From the NCBI GenBank assembly GCA_963829655.1, contig CAWHJG010000002.1:4290523-4354522 (forward strand): a DNA stretch of 64,000 bases, in the 5' to 3' direction. This DNA is from Pirellulales bacterium (GTDB taxonomy: Bacteria > Planctomycetota > Planctomycetia > Pirellulales > JALHPA01). The position numbers were made by a program, and so were the translations under genes. Under the pieces are notes generated by a model. The model did not search any database and was not told where the DNA came from. It was given only the letters and a program-made list of their open reading frames with translations. This document shows positions 1-11,100 of this stretch, one piece after another; position 1 is the stretch's first letter, and the number at the start of each line of letters is the position of its first letter.

Positions 1-1239
1 GCGGCTTGCGCCGAGGGCCTGTTTTCCTCGAAATTACTTGTGCGCACTGAGTGCGCGCCGTGCACCGGAATCACGTGTGCGGGCGCCGTCACCTTGGCGA
101 AGGGCAGGGCGGCTATCGCCGCTCGCTTCGACTGGCTATGAGACTTCGCATACACGTCCATGGTCAACGCCAACGTGCTATGGCCAAGGATCTCTTGGAC
201 CGACTTTGGGTTCGCCCCACCGTCGATGGATAGGGTCGTGAATGTACCGCGGAGGGCGTGAATGTCAACGGCGCCGCCCGGGTGAGCGTCGTCGATCCCC
301 GCCCGCTTGCAAATCGCGTAGAACCGGCCAAGCAAGTTGTTTCGCAATGGAGTATTCGCCTTGGTGACGAAGACATGTTCCGCCGAAAAGTTCCTGGCCT
401 GCGCAGTCGTCTGCTTTGGCGTCGTGCCAGCGACCGGTTGCCGATATTGCGCCCGTCCCGGAGAACGGCCAGCATCGCGTACACGCGATCGTCCAGCGGG
501 ATTTCCCGGGCCTTATGGTTTTTGGACCGGTCCGCGCGAATGACGATCGTCCGGGCCTCGAAATCGACGTCGTCCCATCGCAGTTCGACAAGCTCATTCC
601 GGCGGATCCCGGTACACGCGAGCGTCCACCAAACCGGCCGAAGTTGCTCCGGACTGGCGTCGAAGAGGCGTTGAACCTCTTCGGCGGTCAAAGCGCGCCG
701 ACTCTTCGCCAGCTTATCGTGGCGCAGTGGCTTTAGATCGGCGATGGGATTATGACCGATTCGCTTCCATTCAACGCCGCGATTGAGCATGTTTTGCAAC
801 GTGCCAACCTCTTTGTTGACTGTCCGCGGCGTGACGGTCCGTACCACGACCGTCGGCGGTTTCTCTTTTTCCCGATCGTCTGCCCGAGCCGCCACGTTCG
901 GAAGCCAAAGACAAATTGGTGGTCAATCTGTCGGATCGATCGCACGGTGCAGTAGGCTTCGAACCGGTTCAAGTCGGCTTCGTATTCGTGCGGGCGCCGC
1001 TTGGTTTGCTTCACCCAGCGCAAAAACTCTGCCTTCAATTCCGACCATTGGTAATCGTTGTCGATTAAATTGAAGTCCGCCTTGTCGGCCCGCGCACGCA
1101 TATCGCGGAGTAGCTCGCACGCGGCATCGAAGTCGCTAGACAGCCGTTTGCGAACGAGCCGACCGCCTCCTCTAAAACGAGCGTAGTAGGTGCCGTTCCG
1201 CTCCCAGAGACCTTCTGGGAGCTTTCTCTTTCGTGCCAT
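1..1239 (-). CDS. Tyrosine recombinase/integrase (frameshifted; 3' end runs off window)
   Basis: ORFs 733..1299 and 164..895 plus a third frame. Motifs TGIRRNEL, SKNHKAREIPL, DIHALRGTF, ILGHSTLALTMDVY (R-K-H-R-H-Y set). SD AAGGAG before ATG 1239. Confidence 0.9.
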
Positions 1240-1322
1240 AACGTTCTCCTTCTTGAAAGCGCCGCTGCGGGTTACCGTTTCCAGTCGGCAAGCCCGCAAG
1301 CGGCAAAGGGAACCAACGCATT

Positions 1323-1398
1323 ATACGCTCGTTGACGCATACGTCAATGAGCTAATACGCTAATTGACGACTATCGGACCCAGTTGTATACTTTCTGC
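1323..1398 (+). promoter_or_regulatory. Sigma70-type promoter with operator-like repeats between integrase and HTH gene
   Basis: TTGACG(1364-1369)-17 nt-TATACT(1387-1392)-6 nt-ATG. Palindrome TTGACGcataCGTCAA at 1332-1347. ATACGCT-NN-TTGACG twice (1323, 1355). Confidence 0.7.
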
Positions 1399-1593
1399 AT
1401 GATTCGAGAAACGCTACTGAAGCAGATTCGCGGCAGCGGCAAGACGCTATACCGCATCTCGCGCGATACGGGGATCAACCATACGGCACTGACCCGTTTC
1501 GTCACCGGTGACAGGCCGGATATTCGTATCTCGACCGCCGACAAGTTGGCAGCCTACTTCGATCTATCCCTCAGGCTTTCCAAGAGACAGTGA
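1399..1593 (+). CDS. XRE/Cro-like helix-turn-helix regulator
   Basis: TLYRISRDTGINHTALTRFVTGDRPDIRISTADKLAAYF; divergent from integrase. Confidence 0.8.
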   Translation: MIRETLLKQIRGSGKTLYRISRDTGINHTALTRFVTGDRPDIRISTADKLAAYFDLSLRLSKRQ

Positions 1594-1632
1594 CTAGCGC
1601 TGAGGTGAGATTAGTCGGGACTGTGGACGGGT

Positions 1633-1870
1633 ATGGATGTGAGCGCGTGGTTTGGTGGTCCCGGGACTCACGGCATCCGAGTCGGAAGTGGAAACCGCGA
1701 ACAGTGGTTCAAGCAGGAATGGACCACGATTACGGTGAAAATGGACGGTCAGAATCACACGCTCAAGTTGACTCCGGGCTTCTGGAGAAGGTGCCCGGAG
1801 TTTCGCGACTGCGGTAAACCCATCATCCGCGAGTGACTGCGTCGGCATAGAACTGTCAAATGGAAGCGCG
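1633..1870 (+). pseudogene. Hypothetical protein, interrupted by TGA at 1834 and truncated
   Basis: Protein-like ORF (SAWFGG..GIRVG..FWRRCPEFR) continues LRRHRTVKWK after the stop. Confidence 0.4.
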
Positions 1871-1871
1871 G

Positions 1872-1986
1872 TTCATCGCGACGATCGGTCCAGGACACGC
1901 ATCAACTGCGAACCGCACCAACGGCCCCCCGGTTCTCGTCGCCTGGTTCAGATTATTGAGCCGAGCGGCGATCTGTCGATAACCCC
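1872..1986 (-). pseudogene. C-terminal remnant of a serine recombinase
   Basis: Translates GYRQIAARLNNLNQATRTG..W..SQLMRVLDR, paralogous to the end of 2372..3049. Shares 19-mer ATTGAGCCGAGCGGCGATC. Confidence 0.7.
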
Positions 1987-2268
1987 TCAATTGCTAGAAC
2001 CATCCGCCCGGAGCTTCCGCACAACCGCCCCGACGGCGGCCCGCATCTGCTTAAGCGCCATGGCGTAGTCCAGCACGCTTTTCTTGTCCATCGCCTGGAG
2101 CACGTCGGCACACTCGGCCTTGATCGCCTTCATTTCACGCAACAAAGCTTCCGTCGCTTCGTACTTCGCGCGATCCCTGCGTTGCTTCAACAGCAAGATA
2201 CGGATCTCATCGATTACGTCGTTGATTTCCTTGCTCAACGCCTCAAGGTCGCCACGATACCCACTCAC
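1987..2268 (-). CDS. Hypothetical helical protein
   Basis: 93 aa coiled-coil-like ORF with SD-like GGGGAG upstream. Confidence 0.5.
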   Translation of the reverse strand: MSGYRGDLEALSKEINDVIDEIRILLLKQRRDRAKYEATEALLREMKAIKAECADVLQAMDKKSVLDYAMALKQMRAAVGAVVRKLRADGSSN

Positions 2269-2371
2269 GCGCCACTCCCCTCATCAAGCTGCACATCTTA
2301 GATGCACCCCCGCTGTCACCACGCCAGCACAATGTGGATGCCCACTTGTCGTGCTGATAGGCCAGCAGATT

Positions 2372-3049
2372 TCATGCCCGGTCCAGGACCCGCTTGACTT
2401 GGCACGGATACCACGGCCGCCCCATCCTCGTCGTGTGGCCGGCCTCATTGAGCCGAGCGGCGATCCGCGTTAATGACTCTCCGCACTTCCGCCACTCGAG
2501 CATCTGCGGCACGATGTCCGTGTAAGCCTCGGCCGCCTTTTGCTGACTGATGACCGCCGCGATCCGTTGACCCTTGAGCCGTGCCTTCGTTGACAATTTC
2601 CTGCACCGTGGATCATGGGCACCCAACACACCACCACGGGCTCGGTATGCAGCAAGTGCCGCCTTGGTCCGTGCGCTGATCCGGTCCGCCTCGTCCTCCG
2701 CCACGGCCGCCAAGATGTGGATGGTCAACTTGTTCGCGTAGGGATTATCGCAGGCGACGAAATCCACTTGGCTCTTGAGCAGCGACGAGGTGAAGTGCAC
2801 ATTGCGGGCGAGCCGGTCCAGCTTGGCGACGACGAGAACCGCCTTGGACCGTTTCGCGTGAGCGATCGCCTTAAGTAGCTCCTGCCTACTCTCCCGGCGG
2901 CCGGATTCCGTCTCCGTGTACTCGGCGATGCGGTGGTGTTTGTGCTGCACCAGGAACCGGTTGGCCTCGGCCTGTTGGGCTTCGAGACCGAGCCCGGATT
3001 CCTCTTGGCCCTTGGTGTTGACGCGGTAGTAGAGGATGGCGGGTTTCAT
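2372..3049 (-). CDS. Serine recombinase (resolvase family), catalytic Ser replaced by Asn
   Basis: YYRVNT..Q..SGLGLEAQ, ETESGR, LVVAKLDRLARN, C-terminal IAARLN HTH. Confidence 0.9.
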   Translation of the reverse strand: MKPAILYYRVNTKGQEESGLGLEAQQAEANRFLVQHKHHRIAEYTETESGRRESRQELLKAIAHAKRSKAVLVVAKLDRLARNVHFTSSLLKSQVDFVACDNPYANKLTIHILAAVAEDEADRISARTKAALAAYRARGGVLGAHDPRCRKLSTKARLKGQRIAAVISQQKAAEAYTDIVPQMLEWRKCGESLTRIAARLNEAGHTTRMGRPWYPCQVKRVLDRA

Positions 3050-3299
3050 TGTGCGGGTCCTTTGCGGTCTTAACGATGGGCATCACCACAACTGCAAAAC
3101 CCATCAAATCAGACCGAAAACCCGCCCACAATTATTCCCCCACGGAACCCAGACCCATCGAACCAATTCAACACGCACGCTCGCACGCGCGACCAGACTC
3201 AGGAGCCGCCCCTTCGCCCCGGGTCCGAACCATCGGTTCTTCAACCGGTCCTTTCTAGACCGATATAATTGGAGCGACGCCCCTGAGGCTACACGCGTC

Positions 3300-3715
3300 A
3301 TGCCTTCCATCAAGAATCAACATTACGTTCCCCGGTTCTACTTAAGGCGATTTCTTTCGAAAGCGAAACGATTGCACGTTTTCGATAAGTCAACCGGAAA
3401 GTCGTTCTTTACCAGGCCTGAGAATGTTGCCTGCGAGCGGTACTTCTATGATGTTCCAGATGACTTGATGTCCAGCGGCCTCGATCGACAAGGGGTCGAA
3501 CGATATCTGCAACAGATCGATGACGATGGCAGCACCGTGCTCGGTGAGGTTCTACACGATCTCGTAGGCGGCCGTCCATTTGATGGTCGCCTTGCCCCTC
3601 GCCTAGCCCACTTCATCGCGATTCAACACGTGCGGACGATGTTGCACCGAGAAATAGGTGCCCAGCTCTGGTCAACTTCGTTGAACAATCTACTCGAGAA
3701 GAATTGGGAGATCCC
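3300..3715 (+). pseudogene. DUF4238-like protein, N-terminal part only
   Basis: NQHYVPRFYLRRF..ENVACERYFY..FIAIQHVRT. Similarity ends at ~3715, where it meets an opposite-strand fragment. Confidence 0.65.
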
Positions 3716-4098
3716 AGAGCCCCGTAACCAAGAAGGCCGAGTAAAGCTGTATACGGTTCGGGCACGGGATGCACGCTCAAATTATCAATGTCCTGCGATG
3801 AATTCTCGCCGCCGGTTCGCGCAGCGAGTATGATGCGACTTTCGAATGGGGTCAGGCCTGGGACCAGGGCTCGATCGAATATGAGGTTCCCATCTACTGG
3901 CACAATTCTCGGGAAACGAACTTTCGAGACGCGTTTCGCTGGCAGCTCGACCTTCAATACAGCCTCAAGAGCTACTTCGACAAATTCTCGGTACGCAATT
4001 GTGACGCCACAATCTTGATATAATGCGAGTGCCACATTTGCCGTTTCATGCGGTTTGTACGCGAAAATGTATTCTTCGTTGACCGGTCTCTGGGTCAA
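3700..4098 (-). pseudogene. C-terminal fragment of a PEP-CTERM protein
   Basis: AARTGGENSSQDIDNLSVHPVPEPYTALLGLLGYGALG (VPEP at 3754-3765); no N-terminus and no basic tail. Confidence 0.6.
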
Positions 4099-4192
4099 AG
4101 GTATGTCGCGGCCGACAAAATGGACTGAAACTCCGATTTCTTTTTAAGACGCGGCCTCTATTGGCGTCTCAATAGATAGAGAACCGAGGCAG

Positions 4193-4714
4193 GTGTCGAT
4201 GTCATGCCCAATTGATAGGCACACCGTTGACCAATTGGTTATCCAACATCTGCCTTTGGCCCTTCGCCTGGCGCAGCAACTCACAAACAACCCTGACACG
4301 GCTGAGGACGTAGTGCAGGAAGCACTATGTCGTGTGCTGAAGTGCTGGAAAAGCTATCGCGGTGAGGCGACATTCAGCACGTGGATGATGCAAATTGTGG
4401 TGAACGTTGATCGTGATCGTCGACGACGCTGGCGAAAGACGGATGAACTACCGCACGAGCTTCGCGTCTTTGGTGCAGGCGACGCGATCGAGCAAGCCGA
4501 GGTAGCTGAGCTCAATGTGACAATCCGCGCGGTGATCAATCGCTTACCTGACCGGCAACGTGAGGTCGCCTTGCTCAGTCTGGGCGAGGGATTGGAGGCG
4601 AGAGACGTCGCCTATATTTTGGAGACGACTGAGGCGAATGTGCACACGTGCGTCCATTTAGCGCGAAAGCGAATCGCCGAGGCGATTGGAATCGACTACG
4701 CACGTCGAAAATAA
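4193..4714 (+). CDS. ECF sigma-70 factor
   Basis: DTAEDVVQEAL..FSTWMMQIVVN (region 2), LPDRQREV..VAYILETTEANV (region 4). Confidence 0.9.
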   Translation: MSMSCPIDRHTVDQLVIQHLPLALRLAQQLTNNPDTAEDVVQEALCRVLKCWKSYRGEATFSTWMMQIVVNVDRDRRRRWRKTDELPHELRVFGAGDAIEQAEVAELNVTIRAVINRLPDRQREVALLSLGEGLEARDVAYILETTEANVHTCVHLARKRIAEAIGIDYARRK

Positions 4715-4715
4715 C

Positions 4716-5853
4716 ATGAAGCGCGACAACGACAACCTGCCATCCGACAAAGGCCTTGACGAGGCAATTCGAGCATCGCTTTTGTCGCAAACCGACGAGT
4801 CTCGTCTGAGGCGCCTGGAACGTTTTTGGCATCTGCAGTCACAGCGACAGGCCCGACTACGCCAGGTATTAGTGACGCTCCCGTTGGCGACCGCAGCAGT
4901 GGCCGCAGTTGTTTTCTGCGCAATCTTATGGAACCGTCACGAAGACACACAATCCGCACAGGCAAATCGAAATACGTTGCCTCGCGGCAATAATTCGGAT
5001 CTCGCCGACACTGGCAACACTGACCGGACGCCGATCGACCAATCGCAGTTGGGTGGCCGACCACCAACTGGGTACGAACGGTTTGTATTTGCGGTTCGAA
5101 CCAGCGCACTGGTCCCCGCGACAACAATGTCGGCTACGATTGATGAGGCGATCAATCAACTCAGGCAGAACCCTGAATCAAATGCAAATCAGATAGTCAA
5201 TTCGCCGGGTTTCGAACGGCGCGTCGCGGAAGCCCTATTACTGCGAAGATTGCCCCGCTCCACGAACGAGGATCAACGCGCCATATTACGACTGTTAGCC
5301 GTTTGTGGCACGTCGCGTTCAACCCCGGCGATTCTGGGGCTTAGCAGGCACGATTCATTACGTGACGACGCCTTGCAAACGATTGAACAAATTGTGGGAA
5401 TTGAGAATCTGGCTCAACTTGTCGGGAGTGGGCTCGACCGTCGCATGCGAGCGGCACTCATCCGACGACTACTCGCAGCCGACTCTGAACCGGCGTTGAT
5501 CGGATTCTTGTCGCTGTTCTCGCGATGACAAGATGCGCGACGAAGCGTTAGCCCTGGCGTCGGAAATGCCCCAACTGCCGATTGCCACACTTATCGGCCT
5601 TCTGGATTTCAACGAAGAATCGGTGCGTGTCTCCGCGGCCATGCTGCTTGGATACATAAATAATGCGGAGGTTACGCAGCTTCTTATCGCCCGCGTATCG
5701 AAGAAGCCATCGAAGTCGACGGAAGCCTGGATGGCCTTGATGGTCAGCGATGGCGAGTTGGCTGGCAAATTCTTAGCCTACGCGGCACATCGTCCGCAGT
5801 TGCTCGGGCATTTCAATGCCGTGCGCGTGCGGTGGGCCCAATTGATTCCTTAG
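4716..5853 (+). CDS. Membrane-anchored HEAT-repeat protein, probable anti-sigma factor (frameshift ~5525)
   Basis: Short cytoplasmic N-terminus, TM helix VLVTLPLATAAVAAVVFCAILW, HEAT-like repeats (VRVSAAMLLG); directly follows sigma gene. Confidence 0.65.
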
Positions 5854-5876
5854 TACTTCAAGTGAAGGAGATTGCC

Positions 5877-7202
5877 GTGTGTATGCCTCGCGTATCGCTC
5901 CGCGATTTGTATGTTGTACTCATTGCTGTAGTTGTGTGTTTGCCGCAGAGGATCGCAGCCCAAACACCCGCAGAATCTCAAAACGCGCCCAAAAGGGCCG
6001 CCGTGGCGCCACCAAAGGGCGATTATTTGCTCCGGACCTACGAGGTCAGTGACCTCGTTATCAACATTCAGGACCATCCCTATAGCGAGTCACTCGACGC
6101 CGATTCAAAAGGTTTCGGCGGCAGTGGTGGAATTGGTGGTGGAGGCGTTGGAGGCTTCTTCAGCGTACCAGAAAGTGACAAGCGGCTCGGTCTCAACGGT
6201 GCTTCAACCGACCCACGAGCTATTAGAGTACAGTTTTGTCAATTCGGAGGCGGCGGAACTGGCGGCGGACGAGCTGTAGGTGTCGGTGCGGGAAATCTCC
6301 CGCCTGCCACAACGACTATCACTTTGAACGACCTCACGTGCGTCTTGGTTAACACCGTTGCTTCGGACACTTGGGCAATTAATGGGACGGGCCAGGGTCA
6401 GGTTGAGCCGATCGGGACCGCCTTGGTCGTATGGCAAACGCCAGCGGTGCACGAACAGATTCTGGAGTTGCTGGACCAAATACGCCAGGGCTCGGGTGAT
6501 CGCAAGACGGTAACAGTTGACGCCCGTTGGTTACTACTCGACTCTGACGATCTTGATCGCCTTGTACTTCCCGATCAGACAGGTGTTCCAGGGGTCGACC
6601 GCAAAGTGCTCGACGAGTTCACGCGGCGCCCCGGTAGTATCCGCGGCATAACGAATTGCTTCAGCAGCCAATTGGTATATCTCGTAAGTGGCACACGGCG
6701 GAACGTTGTCTCCAGTTACATTCCGGTGGTCGGGAGCCTCGATAACGACAAAGCGGCCGAGAAGCTCGTTTCCGTGCGCCGCCAATCGCTGATTCGATTT
6801 GCGTCGGAAACGGAGGCCGTAAGCGGTGGAAAGGAGCCGAGAGTCGGATACCAGCCGATCGTTGAGAAGCCAAACTTAGGGGCGCTGCTCGAAATACGCC
6901 CGACCTTGATGCGCGGCGATGACTCAGCGATTGTTGATCTCAAATCGACACTTACAGTTGCTGCTCAGGCGATGCAAGCAGATGGCGTCAACGACGCGAG
7001 TTCTCTAGCGCCACCGGTGGACCGAATCGCGGTTGAAACTCAGGAGTTCGCAACCACGCTTCGAATGCCATTGAAGAAACCAGTGTTGGTCGGTGGCCTG
7101 ACCTACGTGCCCGGCTCGATGGAGCCAAACAAGGTCGCAGCCAAAACAGACGGAGAAACAACGGAGAACCCGCAGCTCTACTTTGTGCTTGAGGTACGCT
7201 AG
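5877..7202 (+). CDS. Secretin-like (GspD/PilQ-related) exported protein
   Basis: Signal peptide; LRTYEVSDLV, TVASDTW, LVVWQTPAVHEQILELLDQIR (N3-like), TVTVDARWL, GALLEIRP, TTLRMPLKKPVLVGG. SD AAGGAG. Confidence 0.65.
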   Translation: MCMPRVSLRDLYVVLIAVVVCLPQRIAAQTPAESQNAPKRAAVAPPKGDYLLRTYEVSDLVINIQDHPYSESLDADSKGFGGSGGIGGGGVGGFFSVPESDKRLGLNGASTDPRAIRVQFCQFGGGGTGGGRAVGVGAGNLPPATTTITLNDLTCVLVNTVASDTWAINGTGQGQVEPIGTALVVWQTPAVHEQILELLDQIRQGSGDRKTVTVDARWLLLDSDDLDRLVLPDQTGVPGVDRKVLDEFTRRPGSIRGITNCFSSQLVYLVSGTRRNVVSSYIPVVGSLDNDKAAEKLVSVRRQSLIRFASETEAVSGGKEPRVGYQPIVEKPNLGALLEIRPTLMRGDDSAIVDLKSTLTVAAQAMQADGVNDASSLAPPVDRIAVETQEFATTLRMPLKKPVLVGGLTYVPGSMEPNKVAAKTDGETTENPQLYFVLEVR

Positions 7203-7578
7203 GCACTTGCATCGAGTAAAAGGTTTTTCGCTGATGCCACGGGCGAATAACAGACTGCGCAAACGTTTCAAATCGTAAAAGTTGAAGGTTGCGCATATCA
7301 GAAAGAATTGCAAAAGACCGGAAAGTGTCATAGTCGTGCACGTATCTCAGAAAGTGCCATAGTCTGACCGTGCTGACTCACCTCGCCGGCGGTCCGACCT
7401 GCTCGGTTGGATTGGCGCTTCCACACAGTGTCTCAAGACTCATCAATGCGCCATCTTGTGGCACACCCGGGTCGTGCCGAGAAGTCATCCGTTTCTCGGT
7501 ATCGTAATCGGGACTGCTCGTGCCCCGTCAGATGTATCGGCAAACGAACCTTAATTGGCTTGGCTGCACGGTACCGCT

Positions 7579-8025
7579 TCAATGCGGTGGTCGATGTGAC
7601 CAAAGGCGGTCAATTGTAGATTTGAGGTCGGCCCAGACGACGGGCTTCGGCAGAACATAGTCGAAGCCCGCAGCCTCGCATTGCTGGCGGTGCTCATCGT
7701 CGGCATACCCGGTCACTGCAACAATCAATTTGTCCTTAAGTTGCTCGTCTTCACGAAACAGAAGTGCGAGGTGAATGCCGTCCATTTCGGGCATCCCTAG
7801 GTCCAAAAGAATGATGTCCGGCAGGTGAGCTCTTGCGGTATCGAGGGCTGTGGCCCAGTCAAAAGCAACGTGGACCTCGAACCCGTGTGCGCCAAACAGG
7901 CTACTGAGCATGTTCGCCGAATCGCGAGAATCATCAACGACGAGAACGTTAGGCACTCGCACATTCGAATGGCCGTCTTGATCTCCGTTCCGTGCGTTGT
8001 TTTCCCCTGACGAAGTCATATCCAT
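7579..8025 (-). CDS. Single-domain response regulator (REC)
   Basis: VLVVDDSRD, IILLDLGMPEMDG, VAVTGY, VLPKP. Confidence 0.85.
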   Translation of the reverse strand: MDMTSSGENNARNGDQDGHSNVRVPNVLVVDDSRDSANMLSSLFGAHGFEVHVAFDWATALDTARAHLPDIILLDLGMPEMDGIHLALLFREDEQLKDKLIVAVTGYADDEHRQQCEAAGFDYVLPKPVVWADLKSTIDRLWSHRPPH

Positions 8026-8122
8026 TTTCCTGAAACAATGGTCAATTTGTGAGGCTACGTGCCCAAACCCAGCACTCTCGATTCTACTTTCTGTGCCTTC
8101 CCAAATCATCTGAGGCGCTCGG

Positions 8123-11100
8123 CTACATTTCGACCTCGACCTGGTGTTCCCGGCGATCGTCAACGAGCGTGACGAAGTCGTCGAACAACTCGGACCCATC
8201 CAGCGACAGGCGGCGGACCCTCGCGCCTGCGCCGCTGTGGTGGATGCTAATGTGGTAAAAAGTCTCGCGATAGCGATAGTGGATCTGGAACTGTTTCCAT
8301 GCCGCGGGCAGGCACGGCGTTAATGCGTAGCTTGTCCACCTCCACGTGCAGGCCCAGCAGCGACTCCACGATCAGGCGGTACATCCAGCCGGCCGATCCG
8401 GTGTACCACGTCCAGCCGCCCCGCCCGGTGTGCGGATCAACCCCGTAGACATCGGCCGCCACTACATACGGCTCCACGCGGTAGGTGGAAATCTCTGCCG
8501 GTGTCGCACCGTGCGAAATGGGATTGATCAGTGAGAATAACTCCCACGCGCGCTCATTGTCCCCCATCGCGGCCCTGGCCATCACGGTCCAAATGGCGCT
8601 ATGCGTGTACTGGCCGCCATTTTCTCGCACGCCAGGCACGTAGCCCTTGATGTAGCCGGGGTTGAGGTCCGATTTGTCGAACGGCGGATCGAGCAGCAGG
8701 ATCAACCGGGCATCCCGGCGGACGAGCCGACGATCGACGCTCTCCATCGCTACGGCCGTCCGCTGGTGCGTGCCGGCGCCCGAAAGAATCGACCAGCTTT
8801 GCGACTATCGCATCGATCTGGCATTCTTCATTCGTGGCGGAGCCCAGCGGCGTGCCGTCGTCGAAGTACGCCCGGCGATACCACTCGCCGTCCCAGCCGT
8901 GCTCCTCAATATTTCCCCGCAGTCGGCCGGCTTCGACCGAGTACCGGTCCGCGAGCACCATGTCGCCGCGCCGCCGCGCCAGGTCGGCGAACTGCGTGAG
9001 CACATGAAACAGGAAGAACGCCAGCCACACGCTCTCGCCCCGGCCCTGCTGGCCGACAAGGTTCATGCCGTCATTCCAGTCGCCGCACCCCATGAGCGGC
9101 AGTCCGTGGCTGCCAAAGCGCAAACCGTGTTCGAGTGCGCGGACTCCGTGCTCGTAGAGCGTGCCGATGTCATCCGACACTTGCGGCAGGTCGTAGTTCG
9201 ATTCCTCGTCGTCCCGCAAGGCGCGCGAAGTCAAGAAGGGGACGCGCTCCTCCAATACTCCAGTGTCACCGGTTATGCCGACATAGCGGCAAATGGCCAA
9301 GGGCAGCCAGAGGTAGTCGTCGGAGAAGTGCGTTCGCACGCCGCGCCCAACGGGCGGATGCCACCAGTGCTGCACATCACCTTCGCGAAATTGGCGGGCT
9401 GCGGCGCGCAGCAGGTGCTCGCGGAGCAATTGCGGCTGGGCATGCACCAGGGCCATCGCGTCCTGGAGTTGGTCGCGGAAACCGAACGCGCCGCCCGATT
9501 GATAGAATCCGGAGCGGGCCCACATGCGGCAGGCCAGTGTTTGATAAATGAGCCAGCCGTTGGCCAGGAAATTGACCGACGCGTCGGGCGTTTCCACATA
9601 GACCACGCCGAGCGTCCGGCTCCAGTAGTGCCACACGCCCTCGATCGCCCGATGGGCGCTGTCAACGCCGCGGAACTGCTGCGCAAGGTTCTTGGCTTCC
9701 GCGGCCCCGCGCGCGCATTCCGATCGTGAAGGTGATGATCCGCTCTTGCCCGTCTTCGAGCCTCAGCGGGGATTGAAAGGCCGCGCACGGATCGAATCCG
9801 GCACCGACGCGGCCCGAGAGTCGCACGCGCCGCAGGGCCGCGGGACTGGCCGGATTTCCATTGCGGCCCAGAAACTCCGCGCGGTCGCCGGTGAGAGTGC
9901 GGTTCGTTTCGCTGCAATTGAAGAACGCCACGCGATCCCCGAACTCCGGGCTATACACGTTGCGGGCAATAATCGCTCCGCTGGCCGGATCGGTCTCGGT
10001 AACCACGTGCATCAGCCACTTGCTGCGCGTATCGCCGAGCACCAGCTCCCAATAGGCGGTGACGGATAACTGCCGCGGCCGCCCCGAGCGGTTCGCGATC
10101 TTGAGCTTGTAGAATTTCACGGGCGCGTCGGTAGCGACATAGACACACAGTTCCGTAGTCAGGCCCTCTTCGGTGTAATCGAAAATGCTGTAGCCAAATC
10201 CGTGGCGGACGATATAGGTGTTTTGCCCGCGCGCCGGGAGCGGCGAGGGAGACCAGAAATGCCCCGTTTCCTCATCGCGCAGATAGATGGCTTCGCCACT
10301 AGGGTCGGAGACAGGGTCGTTGTGCCACGGGGTGAGGCGGAACTCATGGCTGTTTTCCGCCCATGTATAGGCTCTGCCCCCTTCCGAGACGACAGTGCCA
10401 AATTGCGAGTTGGCGATCACGTTCACCCACGGCGCAGGCGTCGTCTGGCCCGGCGGCCAGAATCGTCACGTATTCGCGGCCGTCGTGGCTGAATCCGCCT
10501 AGGCCGTTAAAAAATGCCAGATCGCGAGTAGGGGGCTCGTACGGGATTCTTCGGCTGGGGCCGGCCGAGGAGCGGCTTCAGTTGCGGGATCAAAACCTCC
10601 GTTCGCCCCCGGCGCTCGGTTTGTTCGGCCAGCGTTCCGCCGTCATCCATCAACACGATGCGCGCCACGGTCTGCAGCAGATCGCGATCTTCGTCCGACA
10701 TCTGTTCGCCGCGGCGGATAAAAATCCCGCCGGGCCGGTCGATGAGCGAGGCTTCGGGACTGGCGGCGACGAGATCGACGATGGCTTCCTGCAATGTCTG
10801 CCGATAAACCGAATCGTCTTCGTTCCAGATCACCAGATCGACAGCGAGGCCTTTCAGCCGCCAGTAGGCATGCGCCTGCACCGCTTGGCGCACCAGGGCG
10901 ATGCGCTCGTGATCACGAATCCGCACCAGCACGATCGGCAAGTCCCCCGAAATGCCATAGCCCCACAGCCCGGATTGTCCCCGCCTGTTGCGGCTCAGGA
11001 TGCTTGCCTTGGCTCGCCGCAGCGCCGAGGCATAGATGATTGAGCCGGCGAGGCGGCCATAAACCTGGGCATCCGCTTCGGAAGCACTAAGCTGCTGCAG

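Noticed and set aside
1834-1836. TGA recoding (selenocysteine or Trp)
   Set aside because: Single instance in a truncated gene, while other genes use TGA as stop. A point mutation or base error is simpler.
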